Source: Octopus vulgaris
Taxonomy: Eukaryota
Length of the DNA: 64,000 nucleotides
Assembly: GCA_951406725.2 (NCBI GenBank)
Contig: OX597823.1
Coordinates: 69,316,001 to 69,380,000 of the forward strand
Direction of reading: 5' to 3'
Within the stretch, counting starts at the first letter, position 1. Each line of letters begins with the position of its first letter. This document shows positions 40,246 through 52,447 of the stretch, piece by piece. The position numbers and the translations under genes were made by a program. The notes under the pieces are model-generated. The model did not search any database. It was not told where the DNA came from and saw nothing but the letters and a program-made list of their open reading frames with translations.

Positions 40246-42177
40246 CACATACAAAGACACGCACAGAAGCGTACATGCATGCACACTCACGTACACATGC
40301 ACACACACACACACACACACATATACACATACATATACATATATAGATTCCACAGTTTTATAATTATATTTCATTGTATTATATCATATTCACGTATGAA
40401 TAACTGTCCTTCAAGCACAATATATATTTATAAGTATTTGTATCAAGTAATTTTGTTAAAAGCACAAGCAGTTTTCAGATCTGAAACAAGCTTTCAATAT
40501 TATCGTTGCATTTCAATAAATCGCATAATATGAATTCCCACAATAGGCTTTTGAATTGTATAGCCAAATTACTTTTAAGACAATTGTTCATTTTCTTTAC
40601 CTTATAATTACGAATTATTTTTCCATATATATATTGGAGTTGGTTGGAATTTTAGTCTTTAGAAATGACTTTTACAGGATTTTTGCCAGGAATACGAGAT
40701 GAAAGAATCTGCGATAAAAAAGGGATTGTGTGTATTATTAGGACTTTGATTATGAAGTTCAATTGAAGATTTGGTAGTGCGATTAATGTGACAGATTAGA
40801 TGCATCATTTTAGATTCTGTATCGATTCACTGAATTAGTTGAGCAGATCCCTTTTACTTCCGCTTGGGCTTCACTGCCGAAAATATTTGCAAAATTTTTT
40901 GCATTGAACATTATACGTTAAGGAAGTAATCTTCAAATTCAAATTACTCTTCTGCCTACAAGACTGGGCCGTGAGGGCTTTATTGCAAAGAATTTCAGTT
41001 AAGTATAGTGAACCGTTGATAACGAAAGACATTAAATAGGGCAATGTGCAGCACATATCAGAAGATGCGAAGTAAGAACCTTTGGGTTAGTAGTCTATCG
41101 TTCTAATCATTAATTCTAGTGAAGTTCTAAAGCAAAGATGGACTACATCAGTATTAAAAGCAGGTAGGGTATAATGAGAGTGAAGAAATTAAAGAATATT
41201 CTGTATTCAGATGTGCGCAGGTGAGGATATTGATGGATGTGTTAAAACGAAAGGAAGCTAAAATTGTCATGGTAGTTGTGGCTGTACTCTAAGAGCAGCA
41301 ATAAGAACAGCAATCTACAAAATGAAATTCATCAAAAAAGAAAACAAAACAAAGTAGGGGAATCACTATTTGATATAATTACTTCTGAATATTACACTTG
41401 ATGTGAGAAACAGCATTTGAAACAAAATCCATTGAAATACTACGTGTAGAAATGTAAGTCCAATATATGTATTTAGTTAAATGTTAGTTGTTTAGCGCTT
41501 TACCAGCTCTGATTAAATATACTTCTGAAGCTATTCCTGATACAACCAGTTTTTTTTTTCTGGCGTAGTATATCCCATCTAGAGCTAATTTTCAAGTGTA
41601 TCCCCCACTTTAAATATGGGAGAATGTGATTTGAGAGAAAGGTGCATCCTATTTCTAACAGGATAGAAACCTCGTCTACGTTGAGCCAATCCTAGGTAGT
41701 AAATCGAAATATAGCATAGCAGTATATATTGCACGAAAAAATATTCTTTGTACTTTGTGAAAAATTGTAGTGATAGAGGAATGCCATGCAGTCGGGTGGA
41801 GGAACTCTTTGCAGGTAGTTGTAGAATAAAGATTAGCTTTTATATAAAAGAAATTAATAATATATGCGGTACAAAAGATTAACTGAACTGAATATCACAC
41901 AAAAGGAATGACAATCCCAATACAGAGTTAAATTTAAATGCAGTAGCTATCGCATTGTCGACGTTTATGAATAGGGATAAGAATAATGGGCGTGCTAAAC
42001 GTAAGATGGAATATAATTGTATTAAGATATAAGGCATGAATAGATATTACATGTGCATAAGTGAGGGATCCGGTCGCGTATTCTTTGAATGTATTATACA
42101 TATTTAAGTCAGTACAATGTGGAAGTTTGGTTGAGAAAATATCTCGAACTATATTTCTGTGTGGGTGTATCAAGTGC

Positions 42178-42233
<56 letters not shown>

Positions 42234-42353
42234 AGATAGATAGAGAGATAGTCACACACACACATATAATATTCCATATTTATATATGTGTGTGTGCGTG
42301 CATATATATATATATTTGTATGTATATATGTGTGTGTGTACATACGTACATAC

Positions 42354-42461
<108 letters not shown>

Positions 42462-42477
42462 GCGCGCGTGTGTGTGT

Positions 42478-42760
42478 GTTAGAGCATCGGACTCATAATT
42501 ACGAGGATTAAGTTCGATTCTTGAGCAACACACTTTATTCCACGTTGTTCTACTTGTTTCAGCTGTAGAAATGAGTATCGGCTTTTGACTTTCCCTTGGG
42601 TAGTAACATCGATGGCGTGGAGAGAGGAGCACGGTATGCATGGGCAACTCCTGATCTTCTATAAACAACCTTACCCGAACATGCCCTCCTGGGGGTAACT
42701 ATCTAGGTGCAATCCCATGATCATTCATGACCGAAGAGGGTCTTTACATTTTACCCTTTA
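42478..42760 (+). mobile_element. SINE family D
   Basis: Body and tail match 61160-61410 (ctaggtgcaatcccatg.tcattcatgaccgaag...taccctt); B box gttcgattc. Confidence 0.85.
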
Positions 42761-42780
42761 TATCATATGTTTATATATAT

Positions 42781-42815
<35 letters not shown>

Positions 42816-43042
42816 ATTAATCAATATAGGGTGGCAAAAAAAATTTTGTAGAATTCATTTTGCCACCAGCGGCCTAGTGGGAAAAAATTAAATAGTCATA
42901 GACCATTTATAAGTTCAACATCACAATCAAGGAACGGCCATAATAGGCCATTCACCCACTAGAAATAACAGCCAAAGCTTCGACCGCAAAATAACATTAA
43001 TTCCGTAAACCAGGAGAAAATTAAAAAAACATTTACCCTGTA

Positions 43043-43149
43043 ATTTCTTATACGATGCACCGTTTCATCTACTGTTTAATGGTAAACTAACCTGATTAAA
43101 TTAAGTCAAGCCAATCTTCCATAGGCCCTTAGATTCCTCAGTAAGAAAT
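43043..43149 (-). ncRNA. Type I hammerhead ribozyme (mirror copy)
   Basis: Exact reverse complement of 43516-43622. Confidence 0.85.
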
Positions 43150-43515
43150 AGCCAGAACGGAACAGATATTTTCACGAGGCATTTCTGTCCCTGCCTCGGC
43201 AATATCTGACCTAAAATTTTCAAATCATCGCACTCGCGCCAAATTTATCGGCAGCAAATAAATATAAGCCGCCGATTCCATTACGGAATCAACCAGAAAA
43301 TTCATAATTAATCAATATAGGGTGGCAAAATATAGGGTGCCACCCTATATTGATTAATTATGAATTTTCTGGTTGATTCCGTAATGGAATCGGCGGCTTA
43401 TATTTATTTGCTGCCGATAAATTTGGCGCGAGTGCGATGATTTGAAAATTTTAGGTCAGATATTGCCGAGGCAGGGACAGAAATGCCTCGTGAAAATATC
43501 TGTTCCGTTCTGGCT

Positions 43516-43622
43516 ATTTCTTACTGAGGAATCTAAGGGCCTATGGAAGATTGGCTTGACTTAATTTAATCAGGTTAGTTTACCATTAAACAGTAGATGA
43601 AACGGTGCATCGTATAAGAAAT
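43516..43622 (+). ncRNA. Type I hammerhead ribozyme, canonical core
   Basis: ATTTCTTA-CTGAGGA-ATCTA-[long G.U-rich hairpin]-TAGAT-GAAA-CGGTGCATCG-TA-TAAGAAAT: 8-bp perfect stem I, CUGANGA, 5-bp stem II base, GAAA, quasi-palindromic stem III, GUA site (cut predicted after 43614). Confidence 0.85.
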
Positions 43623-43740
43623 TACAGGGTAAATGTTTTTTTAATTTTCTCCTGGTTTACGGAATTAATGTTATTTTGCGGTCGAAGCTTTGGCTGTTAT
43701 TTCTAGTGGGTGAATGGCCTATTATGGCCGTTCCTTGTTT

Positions 43741-43797
<57 letters not shown>

Positions 43798-43799
<2 letters not shown>

Positions 43800-44276
43800 A
43801 ATGAAGGATAAAATTACCTTCGAAAAAAATTCTTTTCCAAAAAAATTTTATCAATGGCCAGCATATAAAAGAATACCTTTAAATGTTAAATCTATAAACA
43901 ATTCATAATTAAGGGCAAACGAAAAAATTTCAAATGCCAGATATGCCGAAAAATTGGACATATTGTCCATTAACCATATAATTTTTTCACAATATGAACG
44001 CTACACGAAAAAAGGTCGACAGAAATTTCTAAAACATTCCATTATTACCATATCGGACCGATTTCAGGGTTAGCTTATAACAGCCCTCCCTTCGTCAGTG
44101 ATACATGTGGCAAAAAGAAATAAATGAGATACTTACTCATACCCATGGAAGAAGCGAACACTAAGTCATGAGCACAATTAAGTACCCCAAATACATCCCA
44201 AATAGAAATACTCCAGCCCAATTCGAGACACGTGCGATTTGAACTATCTGGCATTTGAATTTTTTTCGTTTGCCCA

Positions 44277-44283
<7 letters not shown>
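43798..44283 (-). mobile_element. Second HHR-bearing small element between (TA)n tracts, with ~39-bp inverted repeat (about 43905-43943/44244-44283)
   Basis: ataatta.gggcaaacgaaaaaa.ttcaaatgccagata and its reverse complement. Confidence 0.8.
44046..44103 (-). ncRNA. Type I hammerhead ribozyme, canonical core
   Basis: - strand TATCA-CTGACGA-AGGG-agggctgttataagctaa-CCCT-GAAA-TCGGTCCGA-TA-TGGTA: stem I 5 bp (one G.U), stem II 4 bp, stem III ATCGG/CCGAT, AUA site. Confidence 0.8.
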
Positions 44284-44327
<44 letters not shown>

Positions 44328-44328
<1 letters not shown>

Positions 44329-44404
44329 TATATTTCGGAATGGTCATATTGCCAGTTTAGCCAATTATTGGCTAAACTGGCAATATGACCATTCCGAAAT
44401 ATAA
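44328..44404. repeat. Perfect palindrome, 38-bp arms, 1-nt spacer
   Basis: ttatatttcggaatggtcatattgccagtttagccaat-t-attggctaaactggcaatatgaccattccgaaatataa. Confidence 0.95.
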
Positions 44405-44463
44405 CAATATCTGTTTCAACACACGACTTCACATAAAAAATCTTGCACAACAAATATTTAAAC

Positions 44464-44523
<60 letters not shown>

Positions 44524-44524
44524 C

Positions 44525-44897
44525 TTTTACTCTTTTATTTGTTTTAGTCCTTTGATTGGGGCCATGCTGGAGCACCGCCTTTAGTCGAGCAAATCGAGCC
44601 CAGGACTTATTCTTTGTAAACCTAGTACTTATTCTATCGGTCTCTTTTGCCGAACCGTTAAGTTACGGGGACGTAAATACACCAGCAAGTACAGACACAC
44701 ACGTACACACACACATATATATGTACATATATACGACAGGCTTCTTTCAGTTTCCGTGTACCAGATCCACTCACAAGGCTTTGGTCAGCCCGAGTCTATA
44801 GTAGAAGACACTTGCCCAAGGTGCAGCGCAGCGGGACTGAACCCAGAACCATGTGGTTGGTAAGCAAGCTACTTACCACACAACCACTCCTACGCCC
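44525..44897 (-). mobile_element. Near-full family C SINE with internal (TA/TG)n
   Basis: - strand ggcgtaggagtggttgtgtggtaag (A box), gggttcagtccc (B box), cttgggcaagtgtctt (CORE-like), internal microsatellite, aaacaaataaaagag tail. Confidence 0.92.
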
Positions 44898-45044
44898 ATA
44901 TACATATATATATCCCAGCAATAAGCTTTCAGTTTATCTTGGTTGTGGAAAGTAAGCAAAATAGTTATTCTGCTACTCTGCCGTATGTGTCTTAGAATAA
45001 AGAACCAAATTGATTAATGATAGCCATTGCAATAACCATCGCAA

Positions 45045-45410
45045 GCATGGCTGTGTGATTAAGAAGCTCTCTATGCAACCATGTAGTTTCGAGTTCCGAG
45101 TTCAGTCCCACAGTACAGCACCTTGATCATATGTCTTCTTGTAGCCTCAGGTAGACCACTGCATTATAAATGAATTTGTTAGATGGTGTGTGTGTGTGTG
45201 TGTGTGTCCCCTTCTGTTTATGTTTATCTGCTATTACTGTTTAACAACCGGTGCGGGCTATTTACATCCCCGTATCTTAGCAGTTCGACAAGGCCGAACG
45301 ATAAAATAATACCACATAAAAAAATATAGTTCCGAGGTTTATTTGTTCGACTAAACCCATTAAGGAAGCGCTCCAGCATGGCCAGAGTCTAATCACCAAG
45401 ACAAGTAAGT
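45045..45410 (+). mobile_element. Family C SINE, degenerate
   Basis: tggctgtgtgattaagaag, gagttcagtccc, internal (TG)n, gctccagcatggcc. Confidence 0.8.
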
Positions 45411-45814
45411 GAACAAATAGCTGATATATTTCGTATTTCGTCCTTAATTTCAAATATTTCACTGGTTGATTCCATTGATTCCGTCAATGGAATTGAGCTG
45501 CAGCACAAACGAATATATGTATCAATACTTTTACCAACATCCACCAAATTGGGTATCTAAGATGCTTCTAAACATTCAAATGTTTTTTATCGATGGAAAC
45601 GTTATAGGGAAGAATTTCAAGTATAAAATAGTTAATAGAAATAATAGCATCATTTATCATGATGTTCTTGAAATTTGGCACTTAATTAGGACAACTAATA
45701 TTCTTTGACACACACGAAAAAAAAAAAGACAAAGAAAGAGAAAACAATTGTGATTTAGCGAACTGAAATTTTCCAGAAGCTATACTGAGTTATGGTAACT
45801 TAAAATATTAATAA

Positions 45815-46065
45815 TATGATGATGATGAGGATGAGAATGATGATGAAGCGTATGTCGTCGACATCGATGACGGGTATCAATGATGGTTACGATAATTCTA
45901 AATTCGAGAATGGTGGAGATTTTTGAAAAATACGACGGCGACGACGAATACAGTAAAAGACAACGATGACAAAGGTAATGATGATAATGGTGATGGTGAC
46001 GACAATTATGATGATGATGATGATGATGATGACGACGACGATTATGATGATGGTGATGATGAAGG
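45815..46065. repeat. (GAT)n/(GAC)n degenerate microsatellite
   Basis: Direct reading. Confidence 0.9.
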
Positions 46066-46581
46066 GAGTTGGCGGAGGCGTAGAAACAGAAGGATGAAGA
46101 TTGTGAAGGGAAAAGAAAAATGAATTGCTGAAACATCGGCTTTTGAAATAGTTAGCGGTAGGAATTTCAATTAAATATTTATCACTTGCTGATGACAGTT
46201 CTTGAAATATATTCATGGCTAGGTTTTCAATTGTATAATTGCATTACGTGTAATATTGTTCCAGCTGATATTGACAGCGTTATTAATGATGAAGTTATTG
46301 TTGGTTTTTCTACACACTTATTATTGTTGTTGTTGTTACTGTTGTATGTGATAGTCCAGTTGTTGTTGTTGTTGTTATTGTTGTTATTGTTATTTCTGTC
46401 AGAGTAAAGAAAACAGTGGAACAGTACTATATTTTTCAAAATGAATGAAAAATACTCAATGACAAATACGCATTGTCATTATTAATAATTAACTAACCGA
46501 CTAGTTTATTTTTAATGCACAATCCGCGTCCTGTAATTAATATTTTCAAATTCACAAGGAGCTACAAAACGATTATTTTAC

Positions 46582-46622
<41 letters not shown>

Positions 46623-46736
46623 TAAATTTTGCTCATCACTTTCTTCCTCTTTCTGCCGTTATTGTTTGCCGGGCTTTAACTTTTCTCTTTCCTTCTTACT
46701 TTCCTTCCATCTTCACATATTAACGATCTGTCTCTG

Positions 46737-46773
<37 letters not shown>

Positions 46774-46779
<6 letters not shown>

Positions 46780-47054
46780 AGAATTCACAAAAAAAAAAGA
46801 AGAAGAAAAACGACGAAGACAGTTGGTGTAGACAACAAATAGATGTATTAGTATAACGCTTGGGAATATTGAAACAGCCTTAAACGTTTCGAGTCTACGC
46901 TCTTCCACAGAAAGAAACTCAGAAAGAAACAAGATAGGAAATAAAGAGAGAAAATAAAGAATGTGTAGTAGCTAGCGATCTATCATGTATATATATATAT
47001 AGATATATAGATATATGTACATACATATATATACATATATACAAATATATATAC

Positions 47055-47141
<87 letters not shown>

Positions 47142-47352
47142 CATATATATATATATGACTAGTCGCCATGATAGATCGTTAGCCACTACACACATTTTTT
47201 TCTCTCCTTGGTTCTCTCCTTGTTTGTCCCTTTCTGTAGAAGAGCGTAGGCTCGAAACGTAAAATACTTTTTCTATTCCTGAGTGTTATACTAATACATC
47301 TGTTCGTTTTGTACACCACCCGTCTTCGTCTTTTGTTCTTTTCGTAAACTCT

Positions 47353-47360
<8 letters not shown>
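46774..47360. mobile_element. Head-to-head pair of ~200-bp pLTR-like units (46774-46987 -, 47168-47360 +), each with an HHR-like motif
   Basis: + copy TTT-CTGTAGA-A-GAGC-gtag-GCTC-GAAACGTA-AAA (47231-47264); - copy CTGTGGA-A-GAGC-gtag-ACTC-GAAACGTT (46878-46914). (TA)n outside and between. Confidence 0.8.
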
Positions 47361-47397
<37 letters not shown>

Positions 47398-47409
47398 AAT
47401 ATATATCTT

Positions 47410-48033
47410 TGTCTTTTATTTGTTTCAGTTATTAGACTGCAGCCAGGCTGATTCATCGCTTTGAAGAATTTGTAGTTGAAGGAATGGACCCTGGTACTGG
47501 TTCTATCGTTATCTTAGCCTAACTGCTAGGTGACGGGGACATAAACACACCAACGCTCGCTATAAAGTGATGGAGGGAGACAAATATAGACACAAACACA
47601 CACACACACATACATACACACACACACACGCATATAATTCTTTCAATTTCCGCCTACTAAGTCCAGGAATAAGCCTTCCGTCGGCCCCAGCCTATAGTAG
47701 AAGGCACTTATCCAAGGTGCTACTTCTATGGGAAGCAACTTCTTAACACACAGTAACGTCCTAATATCCATCCATCCATTCATCCATCCATCCATCCACA
47801 CATACATACATACATACATACAAACATACATATATATGTGTGTGTGTGTGTATGTATTCTTTTATTATTTTACTTGTTTCAGTCATTTGACTGCGGCCAT
47901 GCTGGAGCACCGCCTTTAGTCGAGCAAATCGACCCCAGGACTTATTCTATCGGTCTGTTTTGCCGAACCGCTAAGTTACGGGGATGTAAACACATCAGAA
48001 TCGGTTATCAAGTGGTGTTGGTTGGGACAAACA

Positions 48034-48080
<47 letters not shown>

Positions 48081-48200
48081 GCATACACTGGGCTTCTTTC
48101 AGTTTCGGTCTACCAAATCCGGTCACAAGGCTTTGGTCGGTCCGAGGCTATAGTAGAATGACACTTGCCCAAGGTGACACGCAGTGGGACTGAACCCGGA

Positions 48201-48201
<1 letters not shown>
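47410..48201 (-). mobile_element. Two tandem family C SINEs (47410-47760 old, 47865-48201 young and 5' truncated)
   Basis: ttttacttgtttcagtcatttgactgcggccatgctggagcaccgcc...cacttgcccaaggtg...gtgggactgaacccggaa. Confidence 0.9.
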
Positions 48202-48234
<33 letters not shown>

Positions 48235-48246
48235 GTGTGTGTTTAC

Positions 48247-48281
<35 letters not shown>

Positions 48282-48369
48282 TGTCTGTGTGTATGTATGT
48301 ATGTATGAATGTATGTATGTATATTCCCACTGGAATTATTTCAGGAATTCTGTTTATATTTATATATAT

Positions 48370-49446
48370 AAACTTAGATGTATTTCGACCAAAGATTGGT
48401 CCAGGCCATCTCTCACTTACTATCACCACCCGATAGGATTATCTAAACCATTTTAAAGTCAAGTTTTGTGGTATCAAGGTCTATTCAAGTAGTGAGTTCT
48501 TGTTGAGTGAGTTGTATCCAAGTATAGGTGGCTTAATTGGTATTCCTTGAGGAAATGTGTCCAAACTCAGTTTAAAGGTGATGAGATCATTTTCCTCTTT
48601 GATCAGTTCTGGGACAATTGTTAAACAGAGCAGGACCTGTTGAGGAAAAGAAATTGTGTCTCGGAGTACCTATATGTTGTGATCCTGAATTGGGCAGGGG
48701 ACCTATGGCCCGTGGTCCTGGCCTTGGATGAACCTTGAAGCTAATGTTCAGGTCATTTGGGCAATGCTGGTTGTATATTCTCCACATCGTGCAAATTATG
48801 TACCGCTCGCGGTAGCGCTGGAGAGAGTAGAGTTTCATGGCTTTAAAGCGGTCCCAGTAATCGAGATCAGTCATGCCCTTAATTCGTTTAGTGAATGCCC
48901 TCTGGAGTGTTTCAATTTTCAAAATGCTTTGTTTGTATAGGGAGAGCACAGGGGCATCGGTATTCGAGGTGTGGCCGTACAAAGGAGGAAAAAAGTAGAA
49001 TGATGACACCGTGTTCTCTGGACCAAGACAGATCTTAAGATCCAGGAGCTCATCCTACAAGCTATATCGATCTTATTGATGTGGACACTCCAACTGGGAC
49101 TGTTATCAATAATTACTCCTAGGTCTCTAATATTATTAGATGCTGTGAGTGGTTCCCCTGATGGTAGAGAGTATGGCTGTTTTAGTATAGTTTTTTTTCC
49201 AAAATGCGTCAGCTCAGATTTTCCCTCGTTTAGTTGGATTTTGTTTTTGTCTACCTATTAACTCACCACACACAGAACAGACTGGAGTTGAGTTCGGTTT
49301 TCTTCTTTATTGATGATTTGCTGGAGCTTAGTGTCATCAGAAAATATTTTCCCTTTGCACTGTTTTACAATGCTGGAAAGATCGTTTATGTAGATTATAA
49401 AGAGGAGCGGGCCCAAGACAGTCCCCTGAGGGACACCACTGGTGAC
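48370..49446 (-). mobile_element. CR1/L2-group LINE 3' part (RT), decayed
   Basis: [30 protein letters not shown] and KIETLQRAFTKRIKGMTDLDYWDRFKAMKLYSLQRYRER. Confidence 0.9.
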
Positions 49447-49612
49447 ATATATATATATATATATATATACATACATATATATATATACATACATATATAT
49501 ATAGATACATATATATATATATAATACTGGAATATATATATATATATATAATACATATATATATATACATAATATATATATAGATACATATATATATATA
49601 TAATATATATAT

Positions 49613-49652
<40 letters not shown>

Positions 49653-49677
49653 TATATATACATACATACATATATAT

Positions 49678-49716
<39 letters not shown>

Positions 49717-49772
49717 CATACATATATATATACATACATATACATACATACATATATATATACATACATACA

Positions 49773-49812
<40 letters not shown>

Positions 49813-50231
49813 CATACATATATATATACATGTATATATATACATGTATATATACATACATATATATATACATGTATATATATACATGTATATATACATA
49901 CATATATATATACATGTATATATATGCATGTATATATACATACATATATATATACATGTATATATATACATGTATATATACATACATATATATATATATA
50001 CATGTATATATATACATGTATATATACATACATATATATATATACATGTATATATACATACATATATATATACATGTATATATATACATGTATATATACA
50101 TACATATATATATACATGTATATATATACATGTATATATACATACATATATATACATGTATATATATACATGTATATATATATACACGTATATATATATA
50201 TACATGTATATATATACATGTATGTATATAT

Positions 50232-50263
<32 letters not shown>

Positions 50264-50393
50264 TCATGTATATATATATACATGTATATATATTCATGTA
50301 TATATATATATATATACATGTATATATATATATACATGTATATATATATATTCATGTATATATATATATACATGTATATATATATATTCATGT

Positions 50394-50425
<32 letters not shown>

Positions 50426-50634
50426 ATATATATATACATGTATATATATATATACATGTATATATATATATACATGTATATATATATATATATACATGTA
50501 TATATATATATATATACATGTATATATACATGTGTATATATATATATACATGTATATATATATATATATATACATACATGTATATATATACACATGTGTA
50601 TATATATACATGTATATATATATATACATGTGTG

Positions 50635-50665
<31 letters not shown>

Positions 50666-50702
50666 ATATACACACACACATATATATATGTATGTATATA
50701 TG
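49447..50702. repeat. 1.25-kb (TA)n array with TACA and TACATGTA interruptions
   Basis: Direct reading. Confidence 0.95.
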
Positions 50703-50707
50703 TATTA

Positions 50708-50885
50708 GCATCTACTAATACTTTGCATATACCACGTCCTCACCTTGTTGTTTTTTTGTGTTTTTTCTTTGTTTTATTTTTTAGGAAGGAGGAGTATATA
50801 TATATAATCCCCCTAAAAAAAGAAAAAAACACAAGAAAAAAAACAACGAGAGGACGTGGTTGATGCAAAGTATTAGCAGACGATC
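50708..50885. repeat. Tail-to-tail inverted pair of pLTR-like tails related to 28400-28460
   Basis: ctaatactttgcat..accacgtcctc..ttgtt / aacaacgagaggacgtggt..atgcaaagtattag. Confidence 0.7.
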
Positions 50886-50922
50886 AGGGAAGGAAGGAAA
50901 TGTAATTGTACACACACACACT

Positions 50923-50982
<60 letters not shown>

Positions 50983-52162
50983 TATATATGTATGTATGTA
51001 TACACCATGCACACGCACATACGCGCGCACATTCTTCCTATATTTATCTGTTCCTTGTCATATTACGTTCTAATTCGTTTTATTCTTATTGACTGTAGAT
51101 AATTTCAATTCTATGGGAGAGATTATTTCAGCTCAGAGTAGTAAGGTAACAAAACCTTCGTCAGAAACAAACTCTCTCGTTTGCACACTCTGAGTATACT
51201 CGTCATGCTGCCAAATATGTAAGAAGGCATATTTCATTGTTCACATTGCGTTTTCTTTTCATCAAACACACTGCACGGCGTCACTATTGGAGCATGCACA
51301 TTCAATCCTTCAACAGCAGCTTCATATTTTGGACTGGTACAATCTTGCTTCATTTACTTGCGACACGTTCAAGACTGAACTTGTAAAACATCTAGAAATG
51401 ACCAAGAAATAATATGCTTGAAATAATCCGTTGGTATCTCAACGAATGATTGTTGCAGCCAAAATATGTGATAGAAGAGAAAAGTAGCTTAATATTTAGA
51501 ATCATAGTGTCACTAAACTTTTATTAATAGATAATATTATATGATATTATTCGTTCATCTTCAATTTGAAAGAACTTCCACTCTATTATTCTTTACTAAA
51601 ACTTATATGCCTTCTGTCGTTAACTAACAACTCTCGGATTATATGATAACCTTATCACTCGATGTTTGTCATATTGAATGTGTTTACGACATTCCCAAGA
51701 CGTAGTCAGTAAGATAATTCTGAGCTTGAGATTTAGTTAATTCTAAGTTATATTTTTTTGCTTTACCACTTTTTTTAATGTTTTATTATGATTTCTAATT
51801 GTTTTAAATCGCTGAAGCAGCCATACGGACACACCGATAATTTTTATGCCGATTTTTCGCTGGTGTTTTTATTACGTTTATTTAAGTTACCCGTTATATA
51901 CTATTAACCACGACTTTGCAATAATTTCTTTAGAGAAAACTGGTGAGAGACAGTTGAAGATGATGGTTCAAGATGTCTTTGAGAAGATTTGGAGGATATT
52001 TTGTTAGAAATGTAAAGCGCCTTCAAAATTTCATTGCTCGATATGGCGTCCAGAAGTCATTAGATCATAATTCATCAACGAGTAACTTACATTCTTCATT
52101 GAAGCACAGTATTTCAGTATAAGTTTGAGAACTTTCTGCAACTGCTTAGATAATCTATTATT

Positions 52163-52385
52163 CAGTTCTATATTTAAGAGATTAGGAATTATTTACATTA
52201 TTTACATTATTTACATTCGACGGATATTTGTCCTCATCTTGTTTGTTGCCCACGGGCATATGGCGTAGTGGTTAAGAGCGCGGGCTACTAACCCCAAGAT
52301 TCCGAGTTCGATTCCAATTAGTGACATGAACAATAGCAATAATAATAATAATAATAGCAATAACAACAACAACAACAACAAAAAC

Positions 52386-52447
<62 letters not shown>

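Larger units (their letters stand above)
42813..43745. mobile_element. HHR-bearing fold-back element inserted in (TA)n
   Basis: Arms 42920-43327 and 43338-43745 are reverse complements with no indel and one visible mismatch; 10-nt spacer. ataattaatcaatatagggtggcaaaa is directly repeated at about 42813 and 43305. (TA)n on both sides. Confidence 0.95.

Noticed and set aside
45780-46216. Poly-His/poly-Asp ORFs
   Set aside because: (GAT)n microsatellite open in several frames; no splice or homology support.
49258-50863. Overlapping 264-473-aa ORFs
   Set aside because: Stop-free microsatellite; only the C-terminal ~60 aa of 49258-50679 is real LINE RT.
51900-52140. Possible Tc1/mariner transposase tail
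   Set aside because: No diagnostic motif or TIR could be identified.
52254-52325. Functional tRNA gene
   Set aside because: A and B boxes are present but acceptor and T stems do not pair; treated as a tRNA-derived cassette. The same applies to the SINE heads.
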